64,000 nt of DNA from Eledone cirrhosa (GCA_964016885.1 OZ024741.1:112220001-112284000); one strand, 5' to 3'; positions 1 through 16,632 are shown, counted from the stretch's first letter. The notes: generated from the sequence alone by a model not told the origin. Program-made: numbers and translations.

Positions 1-489
1 TGCGGTTGCTTTCAGGATATTGTTGCATTGGTGAAGGTTCCTCGCCTCAAGGTATGGGATGACTTTGTTTACCTTAGCTGTTGTTTCTTTTAACTTTTTC
101 CTGTCTACAAATCTTAGGTTCATAGGTTTTCCACTATCATTGTTCATTTCATCTACCACTAAGTTCAGGATATCAACCAAATCTTGCCCTAGCCCGTCAG
201 CATTCATTTCCTTAATGGCCGTATCTTTGTTCCAGATGTTATTTATTTCAGCATTCAGATCATTGTCTGCTTCGGATGCTTCCTCAGGTCTCTCAACCTC
301 TTCACCTTCATTTCCCACTGGCTCCTTTGCCTGATATACTCCACTCTCCATTTCCAACTTAATCTCTCTGCTCAGTTCCTCCAGTTCCAACTCGCTTATC
401 CATCCATTAGTTCTTATTACCCGAGCCTGTCCGGCCAATTTTTGTTCATTTAATTCAAATAGACCAATCTCGTTCCAGATGTTATGCAT
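1..489 (-). mobile_element. R4/Dong-clade non-LTR retrotransposon ORF, N-terminal part; runs off the window start
   Basis: Hand translation from ATG at 489 is open to base 1: MHNIWNEIGLFELNEQKLAGQARVIRTNGWISELELEEL...KKLKETTAKVNKVIPYL. This resembles the 'EQRLADQARxIxxNGWLSELELEEI' N-terminal motif of R4/Dong/Rex6 ORFs. It is absent from the ORF track because no stop lies in the window. Confidence 0.75.
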
Positions 490-669
490 CCCCGAACAGC
501 TGAGCGAAGTGTCGCTGAAAAGCTTCACACACCAATATTGTCACAAATAAATAAGGCTCTTTGTTTCATGACATGCGCCTTTTGCTAAATCCATATCTAT
601 AAAGAACTGAGCAACCTTCTATATGCATCACGATATGCACTCATATAAATGTATACACATTAGCATATA

Positions 670-2302
<1,633 letters not shown>

Positions 2303-2871
2303 AACATATATATATATCCCTAACAGACAAGCCCAGACTATTTTTATCTGCCCAGTTCCACTTACAAGACTTGAATTGAATTGAGGCTATGGTAACAGGC
2401 ACGCTAGTCCGAGATGCCATACAGTTAGATCGAAGCTGATGCCACAAAACTGCAAAGCGAACACAGCTTTTCTATGCTTTTTGTTGTTATTTCTTGTTGT
2501 TTTGTGCGTGTATACACAAACAATCATAGGCACGTAAGTACACCAACATTTCACACTAAGATTTCAGCAGTGTGTTTAAGTTAAAGACGATGAAAAATGT
2601 AATTTGTTTTTATGTTTCCAACAAAAGATCAATATATTTCATTTGCTCGTTTAATTTCCTCAATTTATTCAAAAGACTTCCACCATTACAGATAATTTCA
2701 GCTGGTGCTAAACAGGCATGCACGCAGAATTACAGAAAACTGTTCGATAACTTTATTGATATCTGTGTAACAAGGAAATGGAATGCATCATTCGTTTGTT
2801 AAATTTCATCACTTACATATGCACTTTCAACACACCTCTACGTACACATCACACACACATTATGTGTGTAT

Positions 2872-2924
<53 letters not shown>

Positions 2925-3016
2925 GTATTGCTTAAAGCTTTCTCTGTTAATGTATTAAGTATATATATATACAAACGTATATACATACTTACACACACAC
3001 TCACACACAGACACAT

Positions 3017-3048
<32 letters not shown>

Positions 3049-3196
3049 ATATATATATATATAAAATATAAAATATAAAATATATATAAAATATATATCA
3101 ATTAAAGTCCGTTTCTTTTATGCTTGTATGAGTGTGTACATATACACATATATGTGTGTATGTGTACATATATATATATATAAATATATATGCTTC

Positions 3197-3265
<69 letters not shown>

Positions 3266-3853
3266 AAATTGTACATATGTACACTATTTTCATGCACTTA
3301 TAAATGTTTGCATATATATATATGTATGCCTGTATTCACGCACGTTACAGGAAAGTGTACAAATTGTATACGCATGCATACCTATATATTTATACATACA
3401 TTGCGCATGTTCAGAAACTCAAACAATATATATTATATTGTCTACATGACAATATGTCTAAACATTAACTAGAATAGTTTTCTGGGAGACACTAGGTCTG
3501 TCATTTTGAACAAAGAACACATCATTCTTTGTTAAAAACGTAGAGAATAAAGGAAGATTGCAATACAAGGTAAAATAATAAAGTATTCATTTTATATGTG
3601 TTGATGAATTTTATGGTAAGTATGTTTTGAATTAGATATATCCCCACTTGTATCATTGAAACGTGATAAGGTTTGTTTTCCATTAGGGGATATCCATATG
3701 CATTGCTCACAACTACAAAGTAACATGAATGATTATATGCTAAATGGATACTAACAGTCACAATCGTATAACAAGAAATCTTTCTCTGTATGTGGGCGCT
3801 CGATTTGCTACAAATTGCAGCCAAATTTGACTAAAATCTCAACTTACTATCAT

Positions 3854-4063
3854 TGGCAGTATCGGTAGAGAGTCGGACGCCACGCTTTTCCGCATAGAGT
3901 TACGGCCCTTTATGATCTGACTTCAAATCCTGCCGAGGTTAACTTTGCCTTTCATCCTTACGGGGTCGATAAAATAAAGTACCAGTCATGTACAGGGATC
4001 GATTTTATCGACTTTCCCCTCCCCCAAAATTGATGGCTTTGTGCCTAAAGTAGAAACAATAAT
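3854..4063 (+). mobile_element. tRNA-derived SINE, ATT-tailed family
   Basis: A box TGGCAGTATCGG, B-box-like CTTCAAATCC, central GCCTTTCATCCTTACGGGGTCGATAAAATAAAGTACCAG, 3' GTGCCTAAAGTAGAAACAAT. Many homologues in the window. Confidence 0.85.
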
Positions 4064-4306
4064 ATATATACGTATGTATCTACATGTGTGTGTGTGTGTG
4101 TAAGCATATATATGTGAATATAGTTTTAAAAATACTCTAGTGACACAATGGTACGCGTTGAAAATATATAACACTAACATAAATATAACCGTGAAAATGA
4201 AACTTTGGAAAGCTACCCAAAACTGAAACCAGTCAGTACAAAATGAAATTAGATAACCATGATTATTTATGCAAACATTCATATTGAAAATATATATATA
4301 TATATA

Positions 4307-4813
4307 CTGTGTACCCTGGCATTCGCGGCCCCGGTTATTCACAGAATTTTTCTTAGAACCTAACTAATAATTGTTTCTACTTTAGGCACAAGGCCAGCAA
4401 TTACCCAGTGCATTACTGGTACTTTATTTTATCGACCCCGTAAGGATGAAAGGCAAAGTCAACCTCGGCGGGATTTGAACTCAGATCGTAAAGGGACGTA
4501 ACTATGCTGGAAAGCATGGCGTCCGCCCCTCTACCGATACTGCCTTCGTGGAAACCACCACATATTCGCAGAATCGTAAATATCTTCCACGATTTTTTAA
4601 TGCCTTTTTCCGTAGCAATGGATATTTTTTAACGCTATATTATTAATAACAATATAACAATATATGTATATAAGAAAATATATTTGCCGGCCTATATATT
4701 ACGTTGTTTTGACGTATATAGACATTTTTATGGGCCACGTACAATATTCGCGGTTTTTCACTCTTCGCGAGTGCTCTAGGAACGTAACCCCCACGAATAC
4801 CGGGGGACAACTG
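4307..4813. mobile_element. pogo/Tigger (MER2-like) MITE interrupted by a SINE
   Basis: The right end reverse-complements to CAGTTGTCCCCCGGTATTCGTGGGG, similar to MER2/Tigger TIRs. The degenerate left end CTGTGTACCCTGGCATTCGCGG follows a TA. Confidence 0.55.
4365..4544 (-). mobile_element. tRNA-derived SINE, ATT-tailed family
   Basis: Reverse complement closely matches the copies at 3854 and 39558. Confidence 0.85.
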
Positions 4814-4973
4814 CAATTTATTTTATATGAACTAATTTTGTTTTCGTTGTGTATTGTAAATTTGCATGTATGTATAAAAAAAAAACCAAACATTAGATCG
4901 ATCTTCAAATGTTTATTATTATTTTTCTATATAACAGAACTGTAAAAATGTATAACTTTTTAAGTTCCTTACC

Positions 4974-5018
<45 letters not shown>

Positions 5019-5199
5019 AATACCTTATATATACATACATATATTGATATATATATGTGTGCGTGTATATATATGTGTGTATATATATATATATGTGTGT
5101 GTGTGTGTATATTTGTCGATCGACTTTCGTCAAATCGGACCGAGGAAACAATGTTTCCGTTGGTCTTTCCAGTTGCTAGTACTATTTATCTATCGGTCA

Positions 5200-5323
5200 C
5201 AACTCCGGGTAGAAGGAGCAACGTGAAATAAGTGTCTTGCTCAAGGACACAACGGATCATCCGGTCCAGGAATCGAACTGACCACCTCACGATTGCGAAT
5301 CCAGTTCCCTAACCAATCAGCCA
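5200..5323 (-). mobile_element. tRNA-derived SINE fragment, CORE-like family
   Basis: Minus strand: A box GTGGCTGATTGGTTAGG, B box GTTCGATTCC, then TGTGTCCTTGAGCAAGACACTT. Related copies near 25470, 34045 and 58690. Confidence 0.65.
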
Positions 5324-6679
5324 CACTATACATATATATAGTATTGGGGTCGATTGTTCTGTATTTTTTTTCTTACTTCTTTCTTCTTTTCTATCTGCTT
5401 CTCTGGAAACCCCCGGCAGTGTTCAGATCTGGAAAGGCAATAGACCTACATTAGATTTTAAAATGTGAATACGGCTCCAATCAGGAGTTACGGGTTTATA
5501 CATTCATACATATGTCAGAAGGATACATATCAATTGATGAGGTGGATATTCAGATGATCGAACAACTGAAGGCTGTTCACTGCGGCAATGTCTTCGGCAT
5601 TGCCATTTTATCCGCATGGCGTATCTGAAATATACTACCTTGCCTAAGACGTAGAGTCTGTCACTCCCTCCCTTTCCCTTACTTTCGCTATTTAAGTTTT
5701 TTCTCTTTTATTTTTATTACAAACATAATTCAATTGAAAGTTGTTGAATGCAATACCATCGTGAATCCAGGTATGACGTATTCACTCTTTGTTAGCATAG
5801 TGAAATATCAACAAGCTATGTTTATTATCTAGTAGGCTTTTCACAAATCAGCTTAGCACAATCATTGTTCGAATATTCATATTTATGGCACTGACCAGTT
5901 GGAGGCAGTGGAACTGGGGGTGTCAGGGACCCTTGGCTCCCCTAATAATTATATTTTTTACCCAAACTCCCAAAACATATCTATTTGTATGTGTGCTATA
6001 GTTTATATACATGTTATGTTTATCGCATATCAAAGCTTTTTATATCTTGGTTGATATTTGATAATAACAGCTAAACTAATCACTACAACTAAATTGGCCA
6101 AATTTGATTTGCCACCCCCAATTCAGAAATACTTCCACTACCCCTGTGAGGAGTTATTGGGCGATTCGACCACAGTATATTACTAGTATTATTAGCACTT
6201 TTTAGGATTTTGAATTCCAGCATTGAGAAGAATGAGAATAAACTCTATACTATTATGCATTTAATCTGGTGCTGTCCAATCTAATTGCCCCAATGACAAT
6301 GTAAATATATATATGTGTGTGTGAGGTGTGTGTGTGCATGTGTGAGAGTGTATGTGCGTGTGTGAGTGTGTGAGTATAGAGTCTTCGGTGCTGAGACCGA
6401 AGAGACCACTAATAATGGAAGCACCCAATACATGGGGAGATGCAGAGTGGGTATAGAGATATGTAAAATCCTGTAAAGGCTTGCTGAATACACAAGCCGA
6501 AACCACTTAGAACATTGGATAATGTATTCCTAGATACACAATGATTGAAATAAAAGATGGCTTGGCCAAAGCTAAAATCTGTTTGATCATAGCTAAACTC
6601 AATCAGGGCTGACTAAGGGATAAACAACAGCAACAACTGTCTCTACATCATTATAACGATTGCAGTTGAATAAGGGGAG

Positions 6680-6860
6680 ACATGGCTGTATGGTTAAGGA
6701 GTTTGCTTCTCAACCATATAGTTTCAGGTTCAGTCCCACAGTGCAGAGATCAGTAAAATAAGTACTAGACTTGACAAAAATTAATGGAATTGATATGATC
6801 ACCTAAATCCGTTGGAGGTGGTGCCCCAGCATAGCCACAGTCGATGTAAAAGAATAAGAG
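6680..6860 (+). mobile_element. Degenerate tRNA-derived SINE
   Basis: TGGCTGTATGGTTAAG ... GGTTCAGTCCC A/B boxes; head similar to the copy at 36590. Confidence 0.55.
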
Positions 6861-7094
6861 ACTATGTTCAAAATTAGTCTTAAATAGGAAAATGAAGCAT
6901 TGTGAATGGAATTTCTCTGAGCATAAACTAGGCTAATGCTAGAAGTAATTTAGGTTATAAACTCCCAGATGGATGTAAAGCAAATGTAAATGAAATCAGG
7001 TGGGATTTGAACACAGAATGGTGAATTTTCATGTAGTATTATTCCAAACTGCTTCCAGACATGTTTCTTGCTGTTTGTATACTTTGTTGATATA

Positions 7095-7106
7095 AAAGAA
7101 TAATAA

Positions 7107-7162
<56 letters not shown>

Positions 7163-7830
7163 AAGAAGAAGGGAAAAAAGAAGGAAAAGAAGAAGAAAAG
7201 GGAGGGGGGAGGAGGAGTAGAATAAGAAGAAAGGAAGAAGAAGAGCAAAAACAGTAACAAATGTTGAGCTTTTGAGGTACCTGTCTGTCTGTTTTTGGCT
7301 TAATGAAGAAGGAGGAATGAGATAAGTAACTAAATGGAATAAACATAATAACAGCAATACTGTCCGGTCAGTCTGATTCTGAGGTTAGTAATTACTTGAT
7401 GATGAATAAGTTTATTCGGTGAAGGAAAATATAATTCAATAAGCAATAATTCTCTTTTCTCTATCAAACATTCTGTCTCACTCTGCCCCAGTCCCAAGGC
7501 ATTGCTTTCTGTCTTTTGTCTGGTTTTTGTTGTATGTCTATATGTCTTGTAATGCAGTGAAGCTGTTGAAAGATGTTGCTGGTTTAGTATTAGAGGAAGA
7601 TGGAAGAGAGAGAGAGAGAGAGAGGGTGATATGAATAAGTGAAAGAAAGAGAGCAAGCAGGAGAAAGGGAGAGAAAGAAAGAGGGTGTATGTGGATAAGA
7701 AAGTAAGTGGACAAGAGAAAGTGAGAGCAAGAGAGTAAGCAAGAGAAGAGAGGGAGAGAAAGAAAGAGCGTGTGTGTGAGAAAGTAAGTAGACAAGAGAG
7801 TGTGAGCATGTGAGTGAGAGAAAGAGAGAG

Positions 7831-7861
<31 letters not shown>

Positions 7862-8320
7862 GAGTGATCAAAAGGGATTGAGCCAATTGAGAGTGAGTGA
7901 GCAACAGTTATTTAGGAAGAGAGAGTGAAATAGAGAGAAAGAGAAAGAGTGAGTAAGAAAGTGACAGAGGGAGATAGAGAGAGAAAGAAAAAGAAAGTGA
8001 CAGACAGAGAGAGAGAGAGAGAGTGTTTTGCCTTGGTTGATAAGATATCCGCTTCCAATGTCTGGCTCTGTTTCTTCTTAATTGAAACACTGCAGAAGTC
8101 TATGGATTTTAATATCAGGAGTGGAAGAAGAAAGAGACAGAGAGTGAAAGAGAGTCAGAGAAACTGAGAAAGATTTAGAGGGAGATTGATAAAGGGAGAG
8201 TAGCTAGAGAGAGAGGGAGAAAGTGAGAGGATATTGATGATAGGTAACTAAATAAAGGGAGATTACACAAATATATAAGGTGAGAAGAAGAAGGAGAAGA
8301 AGAAGAAGAAGAAAGGGGAA
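7095..8320. repeat. Simple-repeat tract: (AAT)n, (GA)n, (GAA)n
   Basis: Directly visible; the ORFs here are low-complexity artefacts. Confidence 0.85.
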
Positions 8321-8831
8321 GAAGGGTGAAGGTTATTTGTAAAGCATACATATCCTGCTTCATTTCACCACTGAAAATAGCTTTAATAACTGAAGCCAAG
8401 TCCAGCAGGGCATTTTGTAACAGATACAGACAAGACTAGAGGAAATTAAGAAAACTGTGACTAGGAGGGTGCGGGGAGGGATCGGAAAGGGTTAGGGAAG
8501 AGGAGCAAAGAATATGAACCCTGCCTCAAACCAACTGACTCATTTGCTGCTTAGGTAGCCTACAATTCTCACTAACAAACAATTGATCAACACACCACCT
8601 GAGATAGATAAGAGAATGAGAGAGAGAAGAAAGAAAAAGTTTGCTTTGTTTCTTCAATCAATATATGTGTGTGTATCTATCTACATACATATTATATATA
8701 TGGATATATAGTTGTGTAATATATATGGATATATATATATGTCCCCCACCCCCCACTCTCAAGCATGAACCTAATACCAACATTGTTCGTAACTGCACTC
8801 CTTGTTATTGTCTTTGTTTTTTACTTTTCCA

Positions 8832-10325
<1,494 letters not shown>

Positions 10326-10327
10326 AC

Positions 10328-10682
10328 GTCACGCAGTAATACAGGGTACCCGACCTCCCATGGGTACATGCTGAAGCATATAAACAATATGCCCCCACTC
10401 CCCCCACCGCAAGGTGGTCGTGGAGGTGCCACGGCAAAAAAGCACCCAGCCCACACTGTAAAGTGGACGTGTAGGCGCCACGAAAAAGCACCCAGCACTC
10501 ACTGTAAATGAGGTTGGTGTTAGGAAGGGCATCCAGCTGTAGAAATCAAGCCAGATCAGTTCCTGTATGAGCAAGGCATGGTCAGCCGACCAGACACTGC
10601 CCACAACAGGACAACCCGTCTAACCCATGCTAGCGTGGAAGAACGGACGTAAAACGGTGATGATGATGATGATGATGATGAT
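10328..10682 (+). mobile_element. 5'-truncated RTE-family 3' end
   Basis: Shares AAAAAGCACCCAG-CCACACTGTAAA units, TTAGGAAGGGCATCCAGC and CCCATGCTAGCGTGGAAG...(GAT)n with the RTE 3' UTR at 16250-16510. Confidence 0.85.
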
Positions 10683-10714
10683 ATATATATATATATATAT
10701 ATTTATACAATGCA

Positions 10715-11010
10715 ATTCAGTTGGCATTTGAGAGATGTATGGTTCGATTCTTTGCAGGGGCTTTTGTAAATTTTCTTCATCTCGAAGGTGTATTTTAACT
10801 GATTTTCTCAACCATTATTTATAGTGATCGACTATTATTATAGTCATTAACATTTGGGTGACTACATTACAGATTTCACTTTTTCTGTTAAGTTAACAGG
10901 ATGTTCACACATTTAAAAGCTTAAAAATCTTCTAAATGATGGAGAATGGTGACCCGAGAGGCCTTAGTATAATGGCTAAAATACACATATCTGGCATCTG
11001 AGAGATTTGC
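10715..11010 (+). repeat. Tandem (~270-bp period) tRNA-like repeat
   Basis: GGCATYTGAGAGAT recurs at 10723 and 10993. B box GGTTCGATTC and A box TAGTATAATGG. Homologous to 51520-51838. Confidence 0.55.
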
Positions 11011-12231
11011 ATTTTAATCGCTTAATCATGTTGACTAAACAGAACACATATTATTAGAAGGCCTAAAAATATGAAAACATGCCTGTTGTTTTGATGATTA
11101 TCAATTGGCTTTAAAGACCAGATCTACTCCAATCTTCATTGTCTCCATTGTCCAAAGCTGGCACAGAAATATTGACTGTAAAGAAGCGACTTCTACACTA
11201 CATGTATCTACTTAATCATTTGTGGCATTTAAAAATGTTTCCCTTTTCTCTAATTTTGCAAAGAATTACCTAGAAATACTAAGCCAAGTTGTATGTCTCT
11301 TCATGTAAATGTTTATTACTTATTATCTACACATACATATGCTAATGAGTAATATTTTTGTTGTTGTATTTATGCATTCCTTTTAATAAAGCTAGACACA
11401 TCATCAATCATAGCCACAACAACAGTAAGGAAACAATAGAAATTCTTTTGAGGAATGTTTAAACAAAATTGCTTATGGGCAAAATTTCATTGAAAACTTT
11501 TTTATCTTGCATCTATTCTGAAATCCATTAAATTATCTTCAAACCGATACCTACATATGTGTGTGTGTGTATTATGAAATAATTTTAGTAGATATTAATA
11601 GTAATGTTGCTCATTGAAAATTTTGTTAAACAAACATTGTTTACTAAGTTGCAAGCACCAAAGAATGGCAGTAAGTTCATTGTGGTGGGGTTCCAATCCT
11701 GAATTGAAAGTTTTTATTTATATCAAAGTTTCATGATAATTTTTTAATAGAATTTATTAAAAATTCATTACACGTGTTAATAGTTTCTAATTTGGGTAGA
11801 GGGGTAAGTATATCTACCCCAGTACTTGACAGGTATTTCATTTTATAGACCCTAGAAGTATGAAATCAAAGTTGACCTTGGGAGAATTTCAACGCAGAAC
11901 ATAAAGAGCCAGAACAAATATCACAAAGCATTTTGTTTGATGATCCCGATTCTCAAAACAGTGAAAAGCCACTTACACCAGTGAAACTTAAAAGTAAACA
12001 GTCATATATAAACAAATAATACGCAAGTTCTTAAGCTTTTTGATACCAACATATCTAAAACTGGCTCTGTTTCTATGATGATGAATCACTCACTTTAAAG
12101 GATTCCTATTTAATTTAAACACTACCAACATAACTTGATATCAAAACCTTTTGTTAAGTTATGTTACAAATATTATTGTAATAATAAAATAATTGATAAC
12201 TTTAGTATATCACTTCAAATTCTTCATTAAC

Positions 12232-12749
12232 ATGACCAGTGTTTTAATCTTTTATTTATGCTAGTCTAGAATTCTAATCTCCCTTTTTCTCTCGGATTTT
12301 CAATTAATATTTACATGTTTTTAATAATATGCCTCCTTCTGTTTGGACCCTTCCTAAAAACTAACCTTCTCCTAGTATTATTATTAATTAATTATTCTAG
12401 AACTTCCTTCACCTCGCTCCCTATCTTTGTATACAGTTTTCTCCTTCTACCCCCCCCCCCCCCTTCTGCCCGCAAGTATAAAATAAACCTTGCAGGGTTC
12501 TAAGGCCAGAATTTATCTATCTAATCTTTCTTTACTGACGATTTGTCGATTTGAGAAATGTAAGCAAAACACTTGTCTTTCCATTTTTTTCCGTAGTCCA
12601 TTTGATGACCAGTGTTTTAAACTTTTATTTATGCCTATGAATTTTAGAATTCTAATCTCCCTTTGCTCTCGGATTTTCAATTAATATTTACATGTTTTTA
12701 ATATATGCCTCATTCTGTTTGAACCCTTCCTAAAAACTAACCTTCTCCT
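12232..12749 (+). repeat. ~145-bp direct repeat pair upstream of RTE copy 1
   Basis: 12232-12374 and 12605-12749 are highly similar (ATGACCAGTGTTTTAA...AAAACTAACCTTCTCCTA). Confidence 0.85.
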
Positions 12750-12769
12750 AAAGTTACCCATTTCCCGCC

Positions 12770-15700
12770 TTCCCACCCCCGCACACCACCATTGCTATAT
12801 GGTCCAATCATAACTCAGCAGTTTATAGTAAGTTCTCTTACAAATCTGTATAGCAAAGCTACCACCTCGATTATTACTCCTTAAGCTTAGACCTGGTTGA
12901 TTTTCGGTTTGCTACGTGGACTGCAGAATTTGGAAAGTCTGAACACTCAATGACAGTGTCACAGATAAAGATAAATTCACCTCCCGCTGCAGGACGAGAA
13001 TGCAAGGATCCCTCTTTATTTTAGACATGGATGACCAACACAATTCCGTCTCCCACACCCCTCCCTGCCCTCCAACCCATCCATTCCACCATCCCAACTT
13101 CAGAGTTGGTACCATGAACGTAGGCACATTGAAAGGTCGCTCAAATGAGGTTGTAGAGATGCTTGAACATAAAGAAGTTGATGTTTGTTGTGTTCAAGAG
13201 ACTATTGGAGAGGTGGGTCTGCTAGATTCGTTGTGGGTAAAAAAACGATGCTATAAACTTTTCTGGGTGGGAAATGACAACGAACTGGCTGGAGTAGGAA
13301 TTGTGTTAGCTGAAAAATGGGTAGATAAGGTAATTGACGTAAATAGAGTGAATGACAGAATAAGTAAAATAAGATTAGTTCTAAATAGAACTACTGTGAC
13401 AATAATATCCGCTTATGCACCCCAATCTGGTCTACCTGACAATATAAAGGACAGGTTCTATGAGTCGCTAATGCACACTACCTCCCAAATAACCGACAGC
13501 GAGTACTTAATTATTGCTGGCGACCTAAACGGTCACGTTGGACAACATAGTGGTGGTTATGATGGAATCGATTGAGGCTATGGGTTTGGTAATAGAAATG
13601 AGGAAGGCTTCAGAATCCTGGAATTCTGTGACGCTAATAACCTAACTATCTGTAACACAAACTTCAAAAAACGAGAAAATCACTTGATCACCTATAGATC
13701 AGGGGAACACGCCAGCCAGATAGATTATATCCTTACTAGAAGACGTGACAAAGTGTCTGTTGTAAACACTAAATCTCTCCCCCGTGAAGAATGCACCACC
13801 CAACATACCCTAGTAGTTAGTGACATCATAGTCATGAATAGACGTACTCGACGACAGAGGAGGTCTACCTTGAGGAGAAGAATATGGAAATTGAAGGACC
13901 CCATAGCCAGTGACAAATTTAAAAGCTTATTACTTGATACCTTTGACAATAAGGAAGAGCAATTAGAGACGTACAATATAGAGGAACCGTGGGAATTCTT
14001 GAAAGTGAACCTGCTGAAAGCGACGGATGAAATCTGTGGCTGGAGGAGAGTAACTTGGTGGTGGAACAGTAAGGTGGAGGAGACAATCAAGGCCAAAAAG
14101 CAGGCTTGGAAAGTATGGCAGGATGGGGGAAGTAGAGAACACTATCAAGTGGCCAGGAGAGAAGCTAGGAGACAAGTGTACCTTGAAAAAGGGGAAGCAG
14201 AGGATAGAAAATTCAAGCATGTTCTACAACGTGAGGACCAAAAATGTGAGGTGTTCAGGATTGCTAGACAATGTATCAAGGAAAACCGTGATATTGTCGG
14301 AGAGAAGTGTGTCCGTAATGATAATGGTGTACTTGCTCTCACTGATACTGGTAAGAAGGTAGCTTGGAAGTGTCACTACGAGAAAATATTAAATGAGGAG
14401 AATAAATGGGAAAAAGATAGTTTGCCCCAAATCGATCCAATAGAAGGACCAGTGGTGCAAGTTAAAGGTAGTATAATAAGTAAGGCAATCAAAGATATGA
14501 AAACCGGCAAGGGCCTTCGGAGATAGTTGCTGAGATGTTGAAATCATCTGGAATGGTGGGACATACTATTGTTACCCGTATAGTAAACCAGGTAATACAG
14601 AATGGAGTCATACCAAAAGACTGGCGCAGCAGCATCATCATTAACTGTTACAAGGGTAAAGGGGATGCTCTAGATAGGGGAAACTATAGAGGCATTAAGT
14701 TAGTCGACCAGGTCATGAAGGTCACAGAAAGAGTTATAGCGCAACTAATCAGAGAGCGAATTGGTCTAGATGAAATGCAGTTTGGGTTTGTGTCAGGTAA
14801 AAGTACTACAGACGCTCTTTTCCTTATACGACAACTACAGAAGTACCTAGCTAAAAGTAAACCCCTCTACTTAGCTTTTGTAGACCTGGAGAAAGCCTTT
14901 GACAGAGTCCCCCGCTCCATTATCTGGTGGGCTCTTAGAAAACTAGGTGTAGATGAATGGCTTGTGAGAGCTATACAAGCCATGTATAAAGAAACAGTCA
15001 GTAAGGTTAGAATTAACAACGAATATAGTGAAGAATTTAGTGTAAAAGTTGGTGTTCATCAATGCTCTGTCCTTAGCCTCCTACTATTTATTATTGCCCT
15101 TCAGGCTATAACAGAGGAGTTTAAGACCGGCTTCCCATGGGAACTCCTATAAGCAGATGATCTAACTCTCATAGCTGAATCTATGGCTGAACTAGAGAAG
15201 AAATTCCAAGCATGGAAGCATGGCCTAGAATCAAAAGGACTTAAAGTTAACTTGTCTAAGACTAAAGTTCTAGTTTGTAGAAAGGAAAATAGGCCCCTCT
15301 GGGAAATGGCCATGTTCAGTGTGTAGGAAAAGAGTCGGTAGAAATTCCATTTTATGTCCCAAATGCAAACTATGGGTACATAAAAGATGTAGTGGGATCA
15401 CAGGTAAACTATCTAAGAACGTAGATTTTATATGTGGCCGATGCTCAGGTGCAATAAGTAGCAAGTGCCCACAGGATACTAGCTTCTATTGCCCAGATGG
15501 TTCTATAGAAATAGTGGACACTTTCCGTTACCTGGGTGACAAAATCAGCAGTGGTGGAGGGTGCTCTGAAAGTACAGTAGCCAGAGTCAGAACGAGATGG
15601 AAAAAGTTCAGAGAGCTTATACCGCTGTTGGCCACAAAAGGTTTCTCTCCAAAAATGAAAGGCAGATTGTATGATGCCTGTATACGAACAGTAATGTTAC

Positions 15701-16510
15701 ATGGCAGTGAGACATGGGCATTGTGTGCAGAGGACCTGCGCAGACTGGAAAGGAACGAAGCATGCATGCTTCGTTGGATGTGTAATTGTAATATACGTGA
15801 ACGGCAAAGCATAAATGAACTAAGTGAGAAATTAGGAATAAGAGGGATCAGATGCTGTTTACTTGAGAAAAGACTACGTTGGTATGGTCACGTGATGTTC
15901 ATGAAAGACGACAGCTGTATAAAAAAGTGCAGAGCGATCAAAATTGATGGAAGTTACGGAGTAGGTAGACACAGAAAAACCTGGGACGATCTGATAAATT
16001 CCGACCTTACACACTTGCACCTCTCTAAGACAATGTCACTGGATCTTTGGCGCTACGCAGTAATACAGAAGACCCGTCTTGCCTATGTACAAAGCGAAAC
16101 CTACAGTCAGTAGGCACCTCTTAACCAAATATACACCCAAATCCACTACCTCTACTCCATCCTCCCACTCCCACCAACACCACCCTCTCTCTGTAAAGTT
16201 GGTACCACAACATCCTGTCCAAATAAATGAGAATAAATGAGATCGAGATCGGGTAGGTGTCACGACAAAAAAACACACAGTCCACGCTGTAATGTGGTTG
16301 TGTAGGTAACACGGTAAAAAGTTCCCAGTCCACACTGTAAATGTGGTTGGTGTTAGGAAGGGCATCCAGCCGTAGATAACCAGCCAGATTGTCCTATATG
16401 AGCGAGACACGGTCACCTGACCAACCTTGTCTCAAATTGGGACAACTCCTCCCGTTTAACCCATGCTAGCGTGGAAGATGGACGTTAAACGATGATGATG
16501 ATGATGATGA
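12770..16510 (+). mobile_element. RTE-clade LINE, near full length, disrupted (copy 1)
   Basis: APE (GTMNVGTL, CVQET, SAYAPQ, GDLNGHVG, QIDYIL), RT (NYRGIKL, QFGF, FVDLEKAFD, YADD mutated to *ADD at 15150), PHD finger, RLRWYGHV, and a 3' UTR ending (GAT)n. Several frameshifts and stops. Confidence 0.95.
13093..16113 (+). pseudogene. APE-RT(-PHD) polyprotein pseudogene of RTE copy 1
   Basis: ORF pieces 13000-13575, 13684-14526, 14535-15152 and 15319-16113 are collinear with copy 2. Confidence 0.9.
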
Positions 16511-16592
16511 TATATATATATAAAGAAAAAAAGCTGAAATCGAAAATGCAACTGGAGTCTTATTTTTTTTAAAATATATATATTTATTTGGT

Positions 16593-16632
16593 TCCTTTAC
16601 CGGTTTCGCAGTTCTTCTGCTTTTCAAAAGTA
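16593..16632 (-). ncRNA. Degenerate minimal hammerhead ribozyme motif (Penelope pLTR type)
   Basis: Minus strand: TTGAAAA-GCAG AAGAA CTGC-GAAA-CCGGT-A. Stem II and the palindromic stem III are intact; the CUGANGA box has two substitutions. Confidence 0.4.

Noticed and set aside
5512-5628. MSEGYISIDEVDIQ resembling an ABC-transporter segment
   Set aside because: Short, no Walker motifs, and no convincing splice sites.
5899-6146. hAT-like MITE
   Set aside because: Only one convincing terminus (TTCCACTACCCCTG) and no TSD.
12770-13000. HDV-like ribozyme expected in some RTE 5' UTRs
   Set aside because: I could not identify the nested double pseudoknot by eye; it needs a descriptor search.
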